This document shows, in pieces, positions 19,164 through 28,303 of a DNA stretch of 64,000 nucleotides. Position numbers and translations under genes: made by a program. The stretch is from Candidatus Multivorans sp. (GTDB lineage: Bacteria; Acidobacteriota; Thermoanaerobaculia; Multivoradales; Multivoraceae). Location of the stretch: NCBI GenBank assembly GCA_965224025.1, contig OZ245033.1:3072001-3136000 (forward strand), given 5' to 3'. The stretch's first letter is position 1, and every line of letters starts with the position of its first letter. The notes under the pieces are model-generated. The model made no database searches and was not told the DNA's origin. It saw only the letters and a list, made by a program, of their open reading frames with translations.

Positions 19164-20462
19164 TTACTTCTCCGGGGCGGCGGCGCTCATCATGAAGCCC
19201 ATCATCATCTCGTCGGTCGACGGCTGGCCGAAGCGGACGGTGCGGCCCGAGTTGAAGCCGTAGCGCTGCGCCTTCTCGGCCGAGTTGTCGTACCAGGCCG
19301 TGTACTCGACCCGGGTGCCCTTGGGGATCCGCTTCAACTGGTCGTAGTAGTAGACCGTCTGCCACGAGAAGTCGAACCGCGGTACGTCCAGCAGCACCTC
19401 GGTGGTGCCGTCGGCGTAGAAGGCCTCGAAGCGCGCGGCCTTGCCCCGCATGTGCATGTGCGGCATCAGGGCGATGATGTCCGTGTCTCGCTGGGCGACC
19501 GTGGAGTAGGGGCCGACTTGGTGGTTGCCGTCGCCCGGCGGGATTGCGAAGGTGAAGTTCATGATCGGCCTGAGGCCGGAGCCCAGCGACCGCGTCACCG
19601 GCTTGTCGGCGAAGACGAAGCCGATCGACGACTGGTCCCACACGCCGGTGCCGGCGCCGGCTTCCTTGTGGTAGTGGATGTCGAAGGTGACCCGTGAGCC
19701 CTTCTTGAGCAGGAAGCCGTAACCCTCCGGATACCGGTTCGCGTCGCTGCCGGAGGAGACGCCGCCCATGTAGTTGCCCGCGTTCTCCGGCGACGGCGCG
19801 ATCTGGTCCTGGTTCGGGAACTCCGGCGGCGGCGGGAGTTCGCCGGTCTCGTCCGGCGCCAGGAGGTGGAGGTTGAAGTGGTGGATGATGTCGCTGTCCG
19901 GCTTGCACTGGAAGGCGACGACCCAGCGGTCCTCCGGCAGATCCTCCTCGGTGAGGATGTAGGAGAAGGCGGCGTAGAGGTCAGAGGCGGAGTCCTCTAC
20001 GAAGTAGGGCTCGGGCATCGTCACGACCAGGTTGGGCTCGCCCACGACCCATCCCCCAAAGCTGGGGAAGTCACGCGGGGGCGGGGCGTCGGCGGCGTTG
20101 CCGGCGGCGCCGCCGGTCGCGGCCCAGCTCACCAGGGTCTCGATCTCGGCCGCGCTGAGCACGCGCTCGTTGGCGAAGGTCCCGTCGTGTTGGGGATGCG
20201 CGTCCCAAGGCGGCATCTCGCGGGCGGCCACGGTGCGGGCGATCGATTTGGCCCAGGGCCGCACGTCGGCGTAGCTGGTCAGCGCCATCGGCGCGCGCAT
20301 GCCGCCATAGTTCGCGCCCGCCGGCCGGTGGCAGTCCTGGCAGTGCATCTGGAGCACCGGCAGCACGTCGGCGTAGAAGGTCGGCGCGTCGCGGTCGGCC
20401 GCGGCGGCCGGCGCGGCAACGAGGGTGAGAAGGACGGCGGCGGGCAGGGCTGAGCGCTTCAT
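19164..20462 (-). CDS. secreted cytochrome c + copper type II (PHM/DBH-like) monooxygenase-domain protein
   Basis: signal peptide, CQDCH, REMPPW, IIHHF, HYH, PHMHMRGK, DEMM. Confidence 0.75.
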   Translation of the reverse strand: MKRSALPAAVLLTLVAAPAAAADRDAPTFYADVLPVLQMHCQDCHRPAGANYGGMRAPMALTSYADVRPWAKSIARTVAAREMPPWDAHPQHDGTFANERVLSAAEIETLVSWAATGGAAGNAADAPPPRDFPSFGGWVVGEPNLVVTMPEPYFVEDSASDLYAAFSYILTEEDLPEDRWVVAFQCKPDSDIIHHFNLHLLAPDETGELPPPPEFPNQDQIAPSPENAGNYMGGVSSGSDANRYPEGYGFLLKKGSRVTFDIHYHKEAGAGTGVWDQSSIGFVFADKPVTRSLGSGLRPIMNFTFAIPPGDGNHQVGPYSTVAQRDTDIIALMPHMHMRGKAARFEAFYADGTTEVLLDVPRFDFSWQTVYYYDQLKRIPKGTRVEYTAWYDNSAEKAQRYGFNSGRTVRFGQPSTDEMMMGFMMSAAAPEK

Positions 20463-20520
20463 GGCGTGAGAGTACCAGCGGGCGGTTCGGAGCGGAGCGC
20501 CGCGGCCGCTTCGCGGCGCG

Positions 20521-20582
20521 CCGGATGCCGGCCAGAGGCCGGCGCACACAGTCCGGATGCGGGCGAGACGCCCGCGTTCCCA
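20521..20582 (+). repeat. REP-like family B hairpin pair
   Basis: ccggat-gccggcc-aga-ggccggc-gcac followed by ccggat-gcgggcg-aga-cgcccgc-gttccca. Confidence 0.8.
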
Positions 20583-20597
20583 AAGCCGGAACTACGC

Positions 20598-23500
20598 TCA
20601 GGCGGTCGCCAACTGCTGTTCCGGGTGCATCTCGTCGACATCGACGCCGACGATCTTCGACACGCCCCGTTCCTCCATCGTGACGCCGTAGAGCGTGCTC
20701 GCGGCCTGCATCGTCAGCTTGTTGTGCGTGATGACCAGGAACTGGGTGTCGGCCGACATTCGCTTCAGTAGGTCGACGAAGCGCAGGATGTTCGCGTCGT
20801 CGAGCGGCGCGTCCACTTCGTCGAGGATGCAGAAGGGGGAAGGCTTGGTCTGGAACAGGGCGAACAGGAGGGCGATGGCGGCCAGCGCCTTCTCGCCGCC
20901 CGACAGCAGCATGATGTTCTGCGCCCGCTTCCCAGGCGGCCGGGCGGTGATTTCGATGCCGCAGTCCAGCGGGTCGTCCTCGTCCATCAGGCGCATCTCC
21001 GCTTCGCCGCCGCGGAACAGTTCCGTGAAGATGTGGCCGAAGTTCTCGTTGACCTCGCGGAAGGCGCTGACGAAGCGCTCGGAAGAGGTCTTGTCGATGT
21101 CGCGGATCGTGCGTCTCAGGCTCTCGATGGACTCGGTGACGTCGCTCCGTTGTGCGGTCAGGAATTCGTGACGCTCCTGGTGCTCGTCGTACTCGTCGGC
21201 GGCGAGGACGTTGACCGGCCCCATCCTCTGCAGCAGGCCTCGCCGGCGTTCCAGCTCCCCGGTCATCGCTTCGAGGTCGCGCGCCTCGCCGGCCCCGGTT
21301 GCCCGCAGTTCCTGCCCGGCCAGCTCGCGCCCGAACTCCTGGCGGTAGTCCTGGCCCAGGTGTTCCGACTCCTGTTGCAGGCCGGCCTGGCGCACGCGCA
21401 GTTCCTCGATCCGGCCGCGCAGTTCGTCGCGGCGCGCGTCGAGTTCCCGGAGTTGCGCCTCGAGCGTCCGGCCCTGTTCCCGTTCGTCGTCGAGGGCGCG
21501 CTGAGCCCCGGCGGCTTCGTCCTGGGCGTTCGTTCGCTCGGCGAGAGCCTCATCCAGCTCCCGCCGAGCGGCAGCCGCGGCAGCTTCATGCTCGCCGATC
21601 CGCCCCCGCAGCCGGTTCGTTTCGGCGGCCCAGGCTGCGTCGGCCTCGCGCAGCGAGGCGATCTGGGCCTCGACACGCTCCCGCTCGCTCCGTTCCGAGG
21701 CCGCGCGTTCTTCGATCAGGTCGAGCTGCCCCTGGCGGCCGGCCCCCGCGGTGATCCGCTCTTCGCGCTCTTCGCGGGCGCGCTCGACCGCGGCGCTTGC
21801 CTCATCGGCTGCTTGTTGCAAGGCGGCGAGCCGGGTCTCGGACTCCGCGATGTCCGTGTCGACCTTGGACCGCCTTGCCCCTCTCGCCTCGATTTCTCTC
21901 TCCAACTCGTCATGCTCCGCCTGGGCCGCTCCGTGCTCGTGATGAAGAGCCGCACGTCGCTCGCCGATGTCTTGGAGACGGGCCTTGGCCACCGCCAGTT
22001 CCTGGCGCAGTTCCGCGGCTGCCCGTTCCAGGCGCTGGCCCTCGGCGGCGGCTTGATGAACACGCTCGCCGGCCGCTTCGATCTCTCCGCCGAGGGCCGA
22101 ACGCTGTTGTTCCAGTTCGGCGATCCGGTTGCCGAGTTCGTCCATCTGGCGCTGGCGGCCCAGGGCGCCCAGCGCCGCCTGTTCGCCGCGTACCGTCACG
22201 CGCCCGGCCTCGATCCAGAGACGGTCCCGGCACAGGAAGGCGACGCCTGGATGGTGCGGCGCCAGACGCTCGGCATCCTCCGGACTCTCGACCAGGTAGG
22301 CGGGGGGAAGGGCGTTGCGCGCTTCCTCCGGGAGTCCGAGCGCCGCGGCGAGGTCGCCGACGATGGCCGGATCTTCGACCGCCGGGAGCGGCCTTGCGAC
22401 GTTGCCGGAGCGCAGCAGAGTGGCCTGGAAGTCGGAACCGCCGATGGAGCGGGCGATGGCCAGGGCGTCTTCGTCTCCGGGAGTCATGACTGCGTTGCGC
22501 AGGGGGCCGAGGAACAGATCGAGGCTGTGCTCCCAACCTTCGGGAACCTGAACTTCGTCGTCCAGGAAGCGTGGCTCCGGAAGACCCAGTTCGAGCAGAG
22601 CCTTGCGAATCTCGCTCCTCTCTTCGGCGTCGCGCTGGCCGAGTTCACCGAGCACGGCGGCCCTCTTCTGCGCCTCGACCAGTTCCTCGCGACACGTTTC
22701 GAGCTCGGCTTGGGCCTCCTGTCGCCGATTTCGGTTCGCTTCGAGATCGGCCGCCACCCGTTGGGCGGTCCTGGTCTCGGCGATCAGGGCGACCTCCAGG
22801 GATTCGATCTTGGTTCGGACCGCCTCGACTTCGTCATCGATGGCCTTGAGCGCATCGCGGCCGCGGTCGAGGATAGCTTCGGCCCGGTCGCGGCGGTCGA
22901 CGGCCTTCTCGCTGCCGATGCGCTCGGCGATCAGTGTTCCGTGCAGCTCGCCCTGCCGCGCCCGGCAGGTCGCGAGTTCGTCAAGCAGCCGGCGCTGCCG
23001 CTTGCGGGCTTCCGCAATCGCGGTGTCGGCGTTGCCGATGCGCCGGCGGTCCTCCTGGACGTCGGCCAGGGCCTGCTCGCGCTTGGATTGGAGCATCCGG
23101 CGCCGGCCGAGGAGAGCGGCAAGCCGCTCTTCGGCCACTGCGAGGTCGCGCCGACGCCGTTCAGCGCTCACACTGCCGGCTTCGAGCCTTTCGGCGATCT
23201 CCGCGAGCGTGGTTCGGGCGCCCTTGATCAGCTCCTGGCGACCCTCGATCACGGCGAACAGTTTCGCCTGGCGCTCGCTGGACCGAACGGTGTCCTCGGT
23301 GCGAGCGTCGATGACCTGCCGGCAGGCGGCGAGTTCCGCGTTGGCGCGCGCGAGTTCGGCCACCAGATCGGCTTCGCGATCGGTGTCCTGTCTTAGAGTC
23401 GAGGCCAGGTCGTCCAGGTCGGCATGGAGCAGGATCCAGCGCTCCTGGAGCACGGCGTCGAGGAGCTCGCGGTAGGACTGCCGGCGTTCACCGTAGCGGC

Positions 23501-24140
23501 GGGCGGCGTTCGCCTGCCGTTTCAGGGAGCGCAGCCGCCGCTCCACCTCGACGATGATGTCGTCGAGACGAAGCAGGTCGGCGTTTGCGTCCTCAAGCTT
23601 GAGTGTCGCCAGCCGCTTGCGGTTCTTGTAGCGGGTGATGCCTGCCGCTTCTTCGATCAGCTTGCGCCGGTCCTGGGGTTTGCCCGACAGGATCATTCCG
23701 ATCCGCCCCTGTTCGATCACGGAGTAGGCGCGGATTCCCAGACCCGTGTCCATCAGGATGTCGCGGATGTCCTTGAGCCGGACGACCCGGTCGTTCAACC
23801 GGTACTGACCCTCGCCGCCGCGGAAGATGCGGCGTCCGATCGTGATCCGGCCGTCCTCCGCCCGCGGGGTGCTGCCGTCGGTGAGGAAGGAGAGGCTGAC
23901 CTCGGCCATTCCCAGGGGCTTGCGCTCGTGGGTGCCGTTGAAAATGACTTCCTCCATGGAACTGCCGCGCAGCGACTTGGCGCTCTGCTCGCCCAGTACC
24001 CAGGTGATCGCCTCGGCCAGGTTGCTCTTGCCGCAGCCGTTCGGCCCGACGATCGCCGTGATTCCGTGCGCGAAGTGACTCGTCATCGGCTCAACGAAGG
24101 TCTTGAAGCCGTTGACTTTCAGGTGTTCCAGTTTGAGCAT
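20598..24140 (-). CDS. smc: chromosome segregation protein SMC
   Basis: GFKTF, GPNGCGKSN, long coiled coils, GPVN, LLSGGEKAL, ILDEVDAPLD, VITH; ATG at 24140. Confidence 0.95.
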   Translation of the reverse strand: MLKLEHLKVNGFKTFVEPMTSHFAHGITAIVGPNGCGKSNLAEAITWVLGEQSAKSLRGSSMEEVIFNGTHERKPLGMAEVSLSFLTDGSTPRAEDGRITIGRRIFRGGEGQYRLNDRVVRLKDIRDILMDTGLGIRAYSVIEQGRIGMILSGKPQDRRKLIEEAAGITRYKNRKRLATLKLEDANADLLRLDDIIVEVERRLRSLKRQANAARRYGERRQSYRELLDAVLQERWILLHADLDDLASTLRQDTDREADLVAELARANAELAACRQVIDARTEDTVRSSERQAKLFAVIEGRQELIKGARTTLAEIAERLEAGSVSAERRRRDLAVAEERLAALLGRRRMLQSKREQALADVQEDRRRIGNADTAIAEARKRQRRLLDELATCRARQGELHGTLIAERIGSEKAVDRRDRAEAILDRGRDALKAIDDEVEAVRTKIESLEVALIAETRTAQRVAADLEANRNRRQEAQAELETCREELVEAQKRAAVLGELGQRDAEERSEIRKALLELGLPEPRFLDDEVQVPEGWEHSLDLFLGPLRNAVMTPGDEDALAIARSIGGSDFQATLLRSGNVARPLPAVEDPAIVGDLAAALGLPEEARNALPPAYLVESPEDAERLAPHHPGVAFLCRDRLWIEAGRVTVRGEQAALGALGRQRQMDELGNRIAELEQQRSALGGEIEAAGERVHQAAAEGQRLERAAAELRQELAVAKARLQDIGERRAALHHEHGAAQAEHDELEREIEARGARRSKVDTDIAESETRLAALQQAADEASAAVERAREEREERITAGAGRQGQLDLIEERAASERSERERVEAQIASLREADAAWAAETNRLRGRIGEHEAAAAAARRELDEALAERTNAQDEAAGAQRALDDEREQGRTLEAQLRELDARRDELRGRIEELRVRQAGLQQESEHLGQDYRQEFGRELAGQELRATGAGEARDLEAMTGELERRRGLLQRMGPVNVLAADEYDEHQERHEFLTAQRSDVTESIESLRRTIRDIDKTSSERFVSAFREVNENFGHIFTELFRGGEAEMRLMDEDDPLDCGIEITARPPGKRAQNIMLLSGGEKALAAIALLFALFQTKPSPFCILDEVDAPLDDANILRFVDLLKRMSADTQFLVITHNKLTMQAASTLYGVTMEERGVSKIVGVDVDEMHPEQQLATA

Positions 24141-24223
24141 GGCGTGGTTGTCCAGCAGCGTGTACGGTCGGCAGGGATGGGAACCCGTTGCCATGGAGGA
24201 ACTTAGCAGCTTTCGCGCATAAG

Positions 24224-24271
24224 TCACAACTTGTTGTGCCCTTGCGGCCCAGGTTCCACAACATATGGCGC
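24224..24271. promoter_or_regulatory. tandem NrdR-box-like sites in the smc/pyrR intergenic region
   Basis: tCACAACTTGTTGTGc (24224-24239) and cCACAACATATGGCGc (24256-24271), 32 bp start to start. Confidence 0.5.
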
Positions 24272-24303
24272 TTGCGTCGACAGACTGATACGCTGCCGCG
24301 CCA

Positions 24304-24858
24304 GTGAGCAACCTGACCGTCAAGAGGACGCTGTTCGACGCCCGCCAGATGGCGCGAATGATGCGCCGGATGGCGGCCGAACTCGTCGAGCGCGCCGGAG
24401 GCACCGAGACGCTGATGCTGATCGGCGTCCGAACGCGCGGCGTGCCGCTGGCGGATTTCGTGGCCGCCGAGATCGCGCGCACCGAGGGTGTCGACCTGCC
24501 GGTGGGCGTGCTCGACATCACGCTCTACCGGGACGACCTGTCGATGATCGCGCCGCAACCGGTGGTCAAGGAGAGCGTGCTGCCGGTGCCGCTCGACGAC
24601 AAGATCGTCGTGCTCTGCGACGACGTGCTCTACAGCGGCCGGACGATCCGCGCGGCGATGGACGCGCTGATGGACTATGGCCGGCCGCGTGCGATCCGGC
24701 TCGCCGTGCTGATCGACCGGGGTCACCGCGAGCTGCCGATTCACGCCGACTGCGTCGGTGAGAACGTCCAGACGACGGACACCGAAGTGATCAAGGTCTC
24801 CTACGCCGCGACCGACGACGGCAAGGAGATGGTCCAGCTCCTCGAGCGCGAACCGTGA
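24304..24858 (+). CDS. pyrR: pyrimidine regulator / uracil phosphoribosyltransferase
   Basis: [45 protein letters not shown]. Confidence 0.96.
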   Translation: MSNLTVKRTLFDARQMARMMRRMAAELVERAGGTETLMLIGVRTRGVPLADFVAAEIARTEGVDLPVGVLDITLYRDDLSMIAPQPVVKESVLPVPLDDKIVVLCDDVLYSGRTIRAAMDALMDYGRPRAIRLAVLIDRGHRELPIHADCVGENVQTTDTEVIKVSYAATDDGKEMVQLLEREP

Positions 24859-25802
24859 GCGAACTCAGGTGGCAGCGAGGCGACCTGCTTGGGGTCGCCG
24901 AGTTGTCCACAGAGGAGATCATTCACGTTCTCGACACCGCGGAGTCGTTTGTCGAGGTTGCGGCGCGGCCGGTCAAGAAGGTGCCGACGCTGCGCGGCAA
25001 GACGGTGATCAACCTCTTTTTCGAGGCGTCGACGCGAACCAGGTCGAGTTTCGAGATCGCCGAGAAGCGGCTCTCCGCCGACAACATCAACTTCGGGGCG
25101 TCCGGTTCGTCGCTGTCCAAGGGCGAATCGCTTCTCGATACCGCGCGCAACCTGGAGGCGATGGCGCCCGATCTGGTCGTCATCCGGCACGCGCACCCCC
25201 GGGTTCCCCACGGTCTCGCGGACCGCATCGGTTCGGGAGTCGTCAACGCCGGCGACGGCGCCCACGAGCATCCGACCCAGGCGCTGCTCGACGCCTTCAC
25301 GATCCGTCGCCACAAGGGCCGGGTCGAGGGCCTCAAGGTGGCGATCGTCGGTGACGTGGCGCACAGCCGCGTAGTGCGTTCAAACGTCCTCTGCCTTAGC
25401 AAGCTGGGCGCCGAGGTCACGATCGCCGGTCCGCGCACGATGATGCCCGAGGCGCCCGAGGCGCTCGGCGCGCGGGTTGCCTACTCCCTGGAGGAAGCGA
25501 TCTGCGGCGCGGACGCGATCATGATGCTGCGCGTGCAATTGGAGCGGCAGGCGCGCGCCTCCTTCCCCTCGGAGCGCGAGTACTTCGAGTTCTTCGGTCT
25601 CACGGCGGACCGGCTGCAAGCCGCCGCGGACGACGTGATCATCATGCACCCGGGGCCGATGAACCGCGGCGTCGAGATCGCAAGCGAGGTGGCGGACGGT
25701 CCCTGGTCGGTGATCCTCGAACAGGTGGCGAACGGCGTCGCGGTGCGGATGGCGGTGCTCTATCTGCTGGCCGGGGCCAAGAGCAGCGTGGAGGGCCCGT
25801 GA
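24855..25802 (+). CDS. pyrB: aspartate carbamoyltransferase catalytic subunit
   Basis: [33 protein letters not shown]. Confidence 0.96.
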   Translation: MSELRWQRGDLLGVAELSTEEIIHVLDTAESFVEVAARPVKKVPTLRGKTVINLFFEASTRTRSSFEIAEKRLSADNINFGASGSSLSKGESLLDTARNLEAMAPDLVVIRHAHPRVPHGLADRIGSGVVNAGDGAHEHPTQALLDAFTIRRHKGRVEGLKVAIVGDVAHSRVVRSNVLCLSKLGAEVTIAGPRTMMPEAPEALGARVAYSLEEAICGADAIMMLRVQLERQARASFPSEREYFEFFGLTADRLQAAADDVIIMHPGPMNRGVEIASEVADGPWSVILEQVANGVAVRMAVLYLLAGAKSSVEGP

Positions 25803-25817
25803 CTTGAGGGGGACGAC

Positions 25818-27107
25818 TTGAACGGGGCGCTGCTCATCCGTGGCGGCCGGGTCGTGGATCCGAGCCAGGAACTCGATGGCCGGGCCGATGTCCTGATCGA
25901 GGACGGCGTGGTCACGGCGTGCGGCCCGGAGCTCAAGGCGCCGGACGGAGCACGGGAAGTCGACGCCGCCGCGTTGGTGGTGACGCCGGGTCTCATCGAC
26001 ATGCACGTCCATCTGCGCGAGCCCGGACAAGAGTACAAGGAGACGATCGACAGCGGCGCCCGCGCCGCCGCCGCGGGCGGCTTCACCGCGGTCGCTTGCA
26101 TGCCGAACACGGCGCCGGTGAACGACGATCCGTCGGTCACCGAGTTCGTCCTCAGGCAGGCCGAGCGGGCCGGTTCGGCTCGGGTCCACCCGATCGCCGC
26201 GGTGAGCAGGGGGCTCGAGGGCCGGGAACTGACCGAATTCGGGGCGCAACGCCGCGCCGGCGCGGTGGCGCTGTCGGACGACGGGCGGCCGGTGTGGAAC
26301 GCGGCTCTCATGCGGCAGGCGCTGCGCTACGCCCGGCACTTCGACCTGCCCGTGATCCAGCATGCGGAGGAGCTCGAACTCTCGGGCGACGGAGTGATGC
26401 ACGAAGGCCGGTTCTCGACCCTGCTCGGGGTGTCCGGGATTCCCGGCGCCGCCGACGACGTGATGGTCTGCCGCGACCTCGTGCTCACAGCCGACACCGG
26501 CGGCCGCTACCACCTGGCGCACATGTCGACCGCCCGCAGCCTGGAACTGATCCGGGACGCGAAGGCGAGCGGCCACCGGGTCACGGGCGAGGTCTCGGCG
26601 CATCACCTGCTGCTGTGCGACGAGGACGTGTACGACTCGGGCCTCGATCCGGACTTCAAGATGCACCCGCCGCTGCGCGGCGCGGCCGACCGGGACGCTC
26701 TGGTGGAGGGCATCGCCGACGGCTCGATCGACGCGATCGCCAGCGACCACGCGCCCCATCATCCGGACGAGAAGGAACTCGACTTCGTCGCCGCGCCGAA
26801 CGGCGTGGTGGGGCTCGAGACGACGCTCAGTCTGTGCCTGGACCGCCTGGTGGGGAAGGGCGCGATCGATCTGACGCGCCTTGTCGAACTGCTGTCGATG
26901 GCGCCGGCCCGGATACTCGGCATCCCGGGCGGCAGTCTGGCCCCCGGCGCCGCCGGCGATGTCACCCTGATCGATATGGACCGCGAAGTCGAGGTCGACC
27001 CGGGCGCCTTCCACAGCAAGTCGCGCAACACGCCCTTCGCGGGCTGGAAGCTCAAGGGCGCCTCCGCCGGCACGATCGTCGGCGGCCGCGTGATCGAGTT
27101 GCCGTAG
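25818..27107 (+). CDS. pyrC: dihydroorotase
   Basis: DMHVHLREPG, MPNT, ASDHAPH, SKSRNTPF. Confidence 0.95.
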   Translation: MNGALLIRGGRVVDPSQELDGRADVLIEDGVVTACGPELKAPDGAREVDAAALVVTPGLIDMHVHLREPGQEYKETIDSGARAAAAGGFTAVACMPNTAPVNDDPSVTEFVLRQAERAGSARVHPIAAVSRGLEGRELTEFGAQRRAGAVALSDDGRPVWNAALMRQALRYARHFDLPVIQHAEELELSGDGVMHEGRFSTLLGVSGIPGAADDVMVCRDLVLTADTGGRYHLAHMSTARSLELIRDAKASGHRVTGEVSAHHLLLCDEDVYDSGLDPDFKMHPPLRGAADRDALVEGIADGSIDAIASDHAPHHPDEKELDFVAAPNGVVGLETTLSLCLDRLVGKGAIDLTRLVELLSMAPARILGIPGGSLAPGAAGDVTLIDMDREVEVDPGAFHSKSRNTPFAGWKLKGASAGTIVGGRVIELP

Positions 27108-27138
27108 CCAGCCAAGAGCTGGGCTACGCTACTTGCCC

Positions 27139-27402
27139 ATGTCCGCGATGACGCGCGTCGTAAGGCTGACGGAGGACGGTGAAATCAGAGTCCCGGAGGG
27201 CCTGCTGGGAGCGCCGGATCTGGGCGAGAGGGTCGAAGTCCGGGCCGAGCTCGGCCGGCTCGTGGTGACCGCGGCGGATTCGGTTCGCCAGTCTCGCCAG
27301 GGCTGGGCCGACGAAGCGCGGGAGATGCGCGCGGCCGGAGACGATCGGCTTCTCGATCCTCACCAGGCGACTTCGTTCGACGATGAGGAGTGGGAGTGGT
27401 AG
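27139..27402 (+). CDS. mazE: AbrB/MazE-type antitoxin
   Basis: short AbrB-like N-terminus, RQGWA and acidic FDDEEWEW tail, directly upstream of a PemK/MazF gene. Confidence 0.75.
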   Translation: MSAMTRVVRLTEDGEIRVPEGLLGAPDLGERVEVRAELGRLVVTAADSVRQSRQGWADEAREMRAAGDDRLLDPHQATSFDDEEWEW

Positions 27403-27405
27403 CTC

Positions 27406-27728
27406 TTGGCGGGTGTGGAGCGAGGCGAGGTCTATCTCGTCAGGCTGAACCCGACCGCCGGTAGTGAGATCAGGAAGACGCGGCCCTGCCTCATCGTTTC
27501 GCCGGATGAGTTGAACCAGCAGCTTCGGACCGTCATCGTTGCGCCGATGACCACCGGCGTGCCTACCGGTGGCGACCGATCTGTCGGTTTGAAAGTCGTA
27601 CCGGCTACGTTGCCCTGGACCAGATCCGAACTGTCGACAAGCACCGGCTTGTGCGGCGCCTTGGGCGGTTGGGGCCCCAGACCGTAGTGGACACTCTGAG
27701 GATGTTGAGGGTCATGTTCGCCGAGTAG
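27406..27728 (+). pseudogene. mazF: PemK/MazF toxin with a frameshift near 27557
   Basis: LNPTAGSEIRKTRPCLIVSPDELN...APMTTG in frame 1; continuation RAYRWRPICRF...LDQIRTVDKHRLVRRLG...MFAE* in the shifted frame. Confidence 0.85.
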
Positions 27729-27742
27729 CCTGCTCCAGGGGT

Positions 27743-28014
27743 CTAGCCAATGCTGCGGCCCCCGTCGACGTCGAGGCAGACGCCGGTAGGAAAGGCGGCG
27801 CGAGTTCCATGGCCCCGCGCTTCCCGAGTTGGACCGTGGTCCGGTTCCCCTGGGCGTGATCGATGTCCGCGAGCGCGACGGCGCCGCCCTCGCCGGCGAG
27901 CCTGCGAGCGATCGCCCGGCCGAAGCCGCCCACGGCGCCGGTCACGACCGCGACCTTGCCGGCGAAGCGGGGATCCCGGCGCGCTACGTTGTTGCTGCTC
28001 TTCGAGTCGTCCAT
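27743..28014 (-). pseudogene. internally deleted SDR oxidoreductase
   Basis: N-terminal RFAGKVAVVTGAVGGFGRAIARRLA..ADID joined out of frame to C-terminal FPTGVCLDVDGGRSIG*; catalytic middle absent. Confidence 0.7.
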
Positions 28015-28116
28015 GATGAAGGTCCTCCCTGGGTTCCGGGCGGCTACGCTACCTTCCGGCGCCGGAGGGGCGCCGAAGTCATGGAAGACCGAGCAGCAGT
28101 CAAGCGGCGTGTCACC

Positions 28117-28254
28117 GTGGTACTGGCCAGCGGCGGTTTCGAGGCGAGCCGCGAGTGGCGGCGGCACCTGGGCGAGGGTTGGGAAGCGGCCAAGGTGCGT
28201 GGCGGCCGCTACAACACGGGCGACGGCATTCGAATGGCGCTCGAGGCCGGCGCC
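28117..28254 (+). pseudogene. internal fragment of an FAD-dependent TcuA-like dehydrogenase
   Basis: VVLASGGFEASREWRRHLGEGWEAAKVRGGRYNTGDGIRMALEAGA. Confidence 0.65.
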
Positions 28255-28303
28255 GCGCGCGCCGTCCTCGGCCGGATTGCGGGCGCCGGGGCGGCGGGGC
28301 GCG

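Noticed and set aside
24141-24303. PyrR-binding attenuator
   Set aside because: No PyrR binding-loop consensus or U-tailed terminator is visible.
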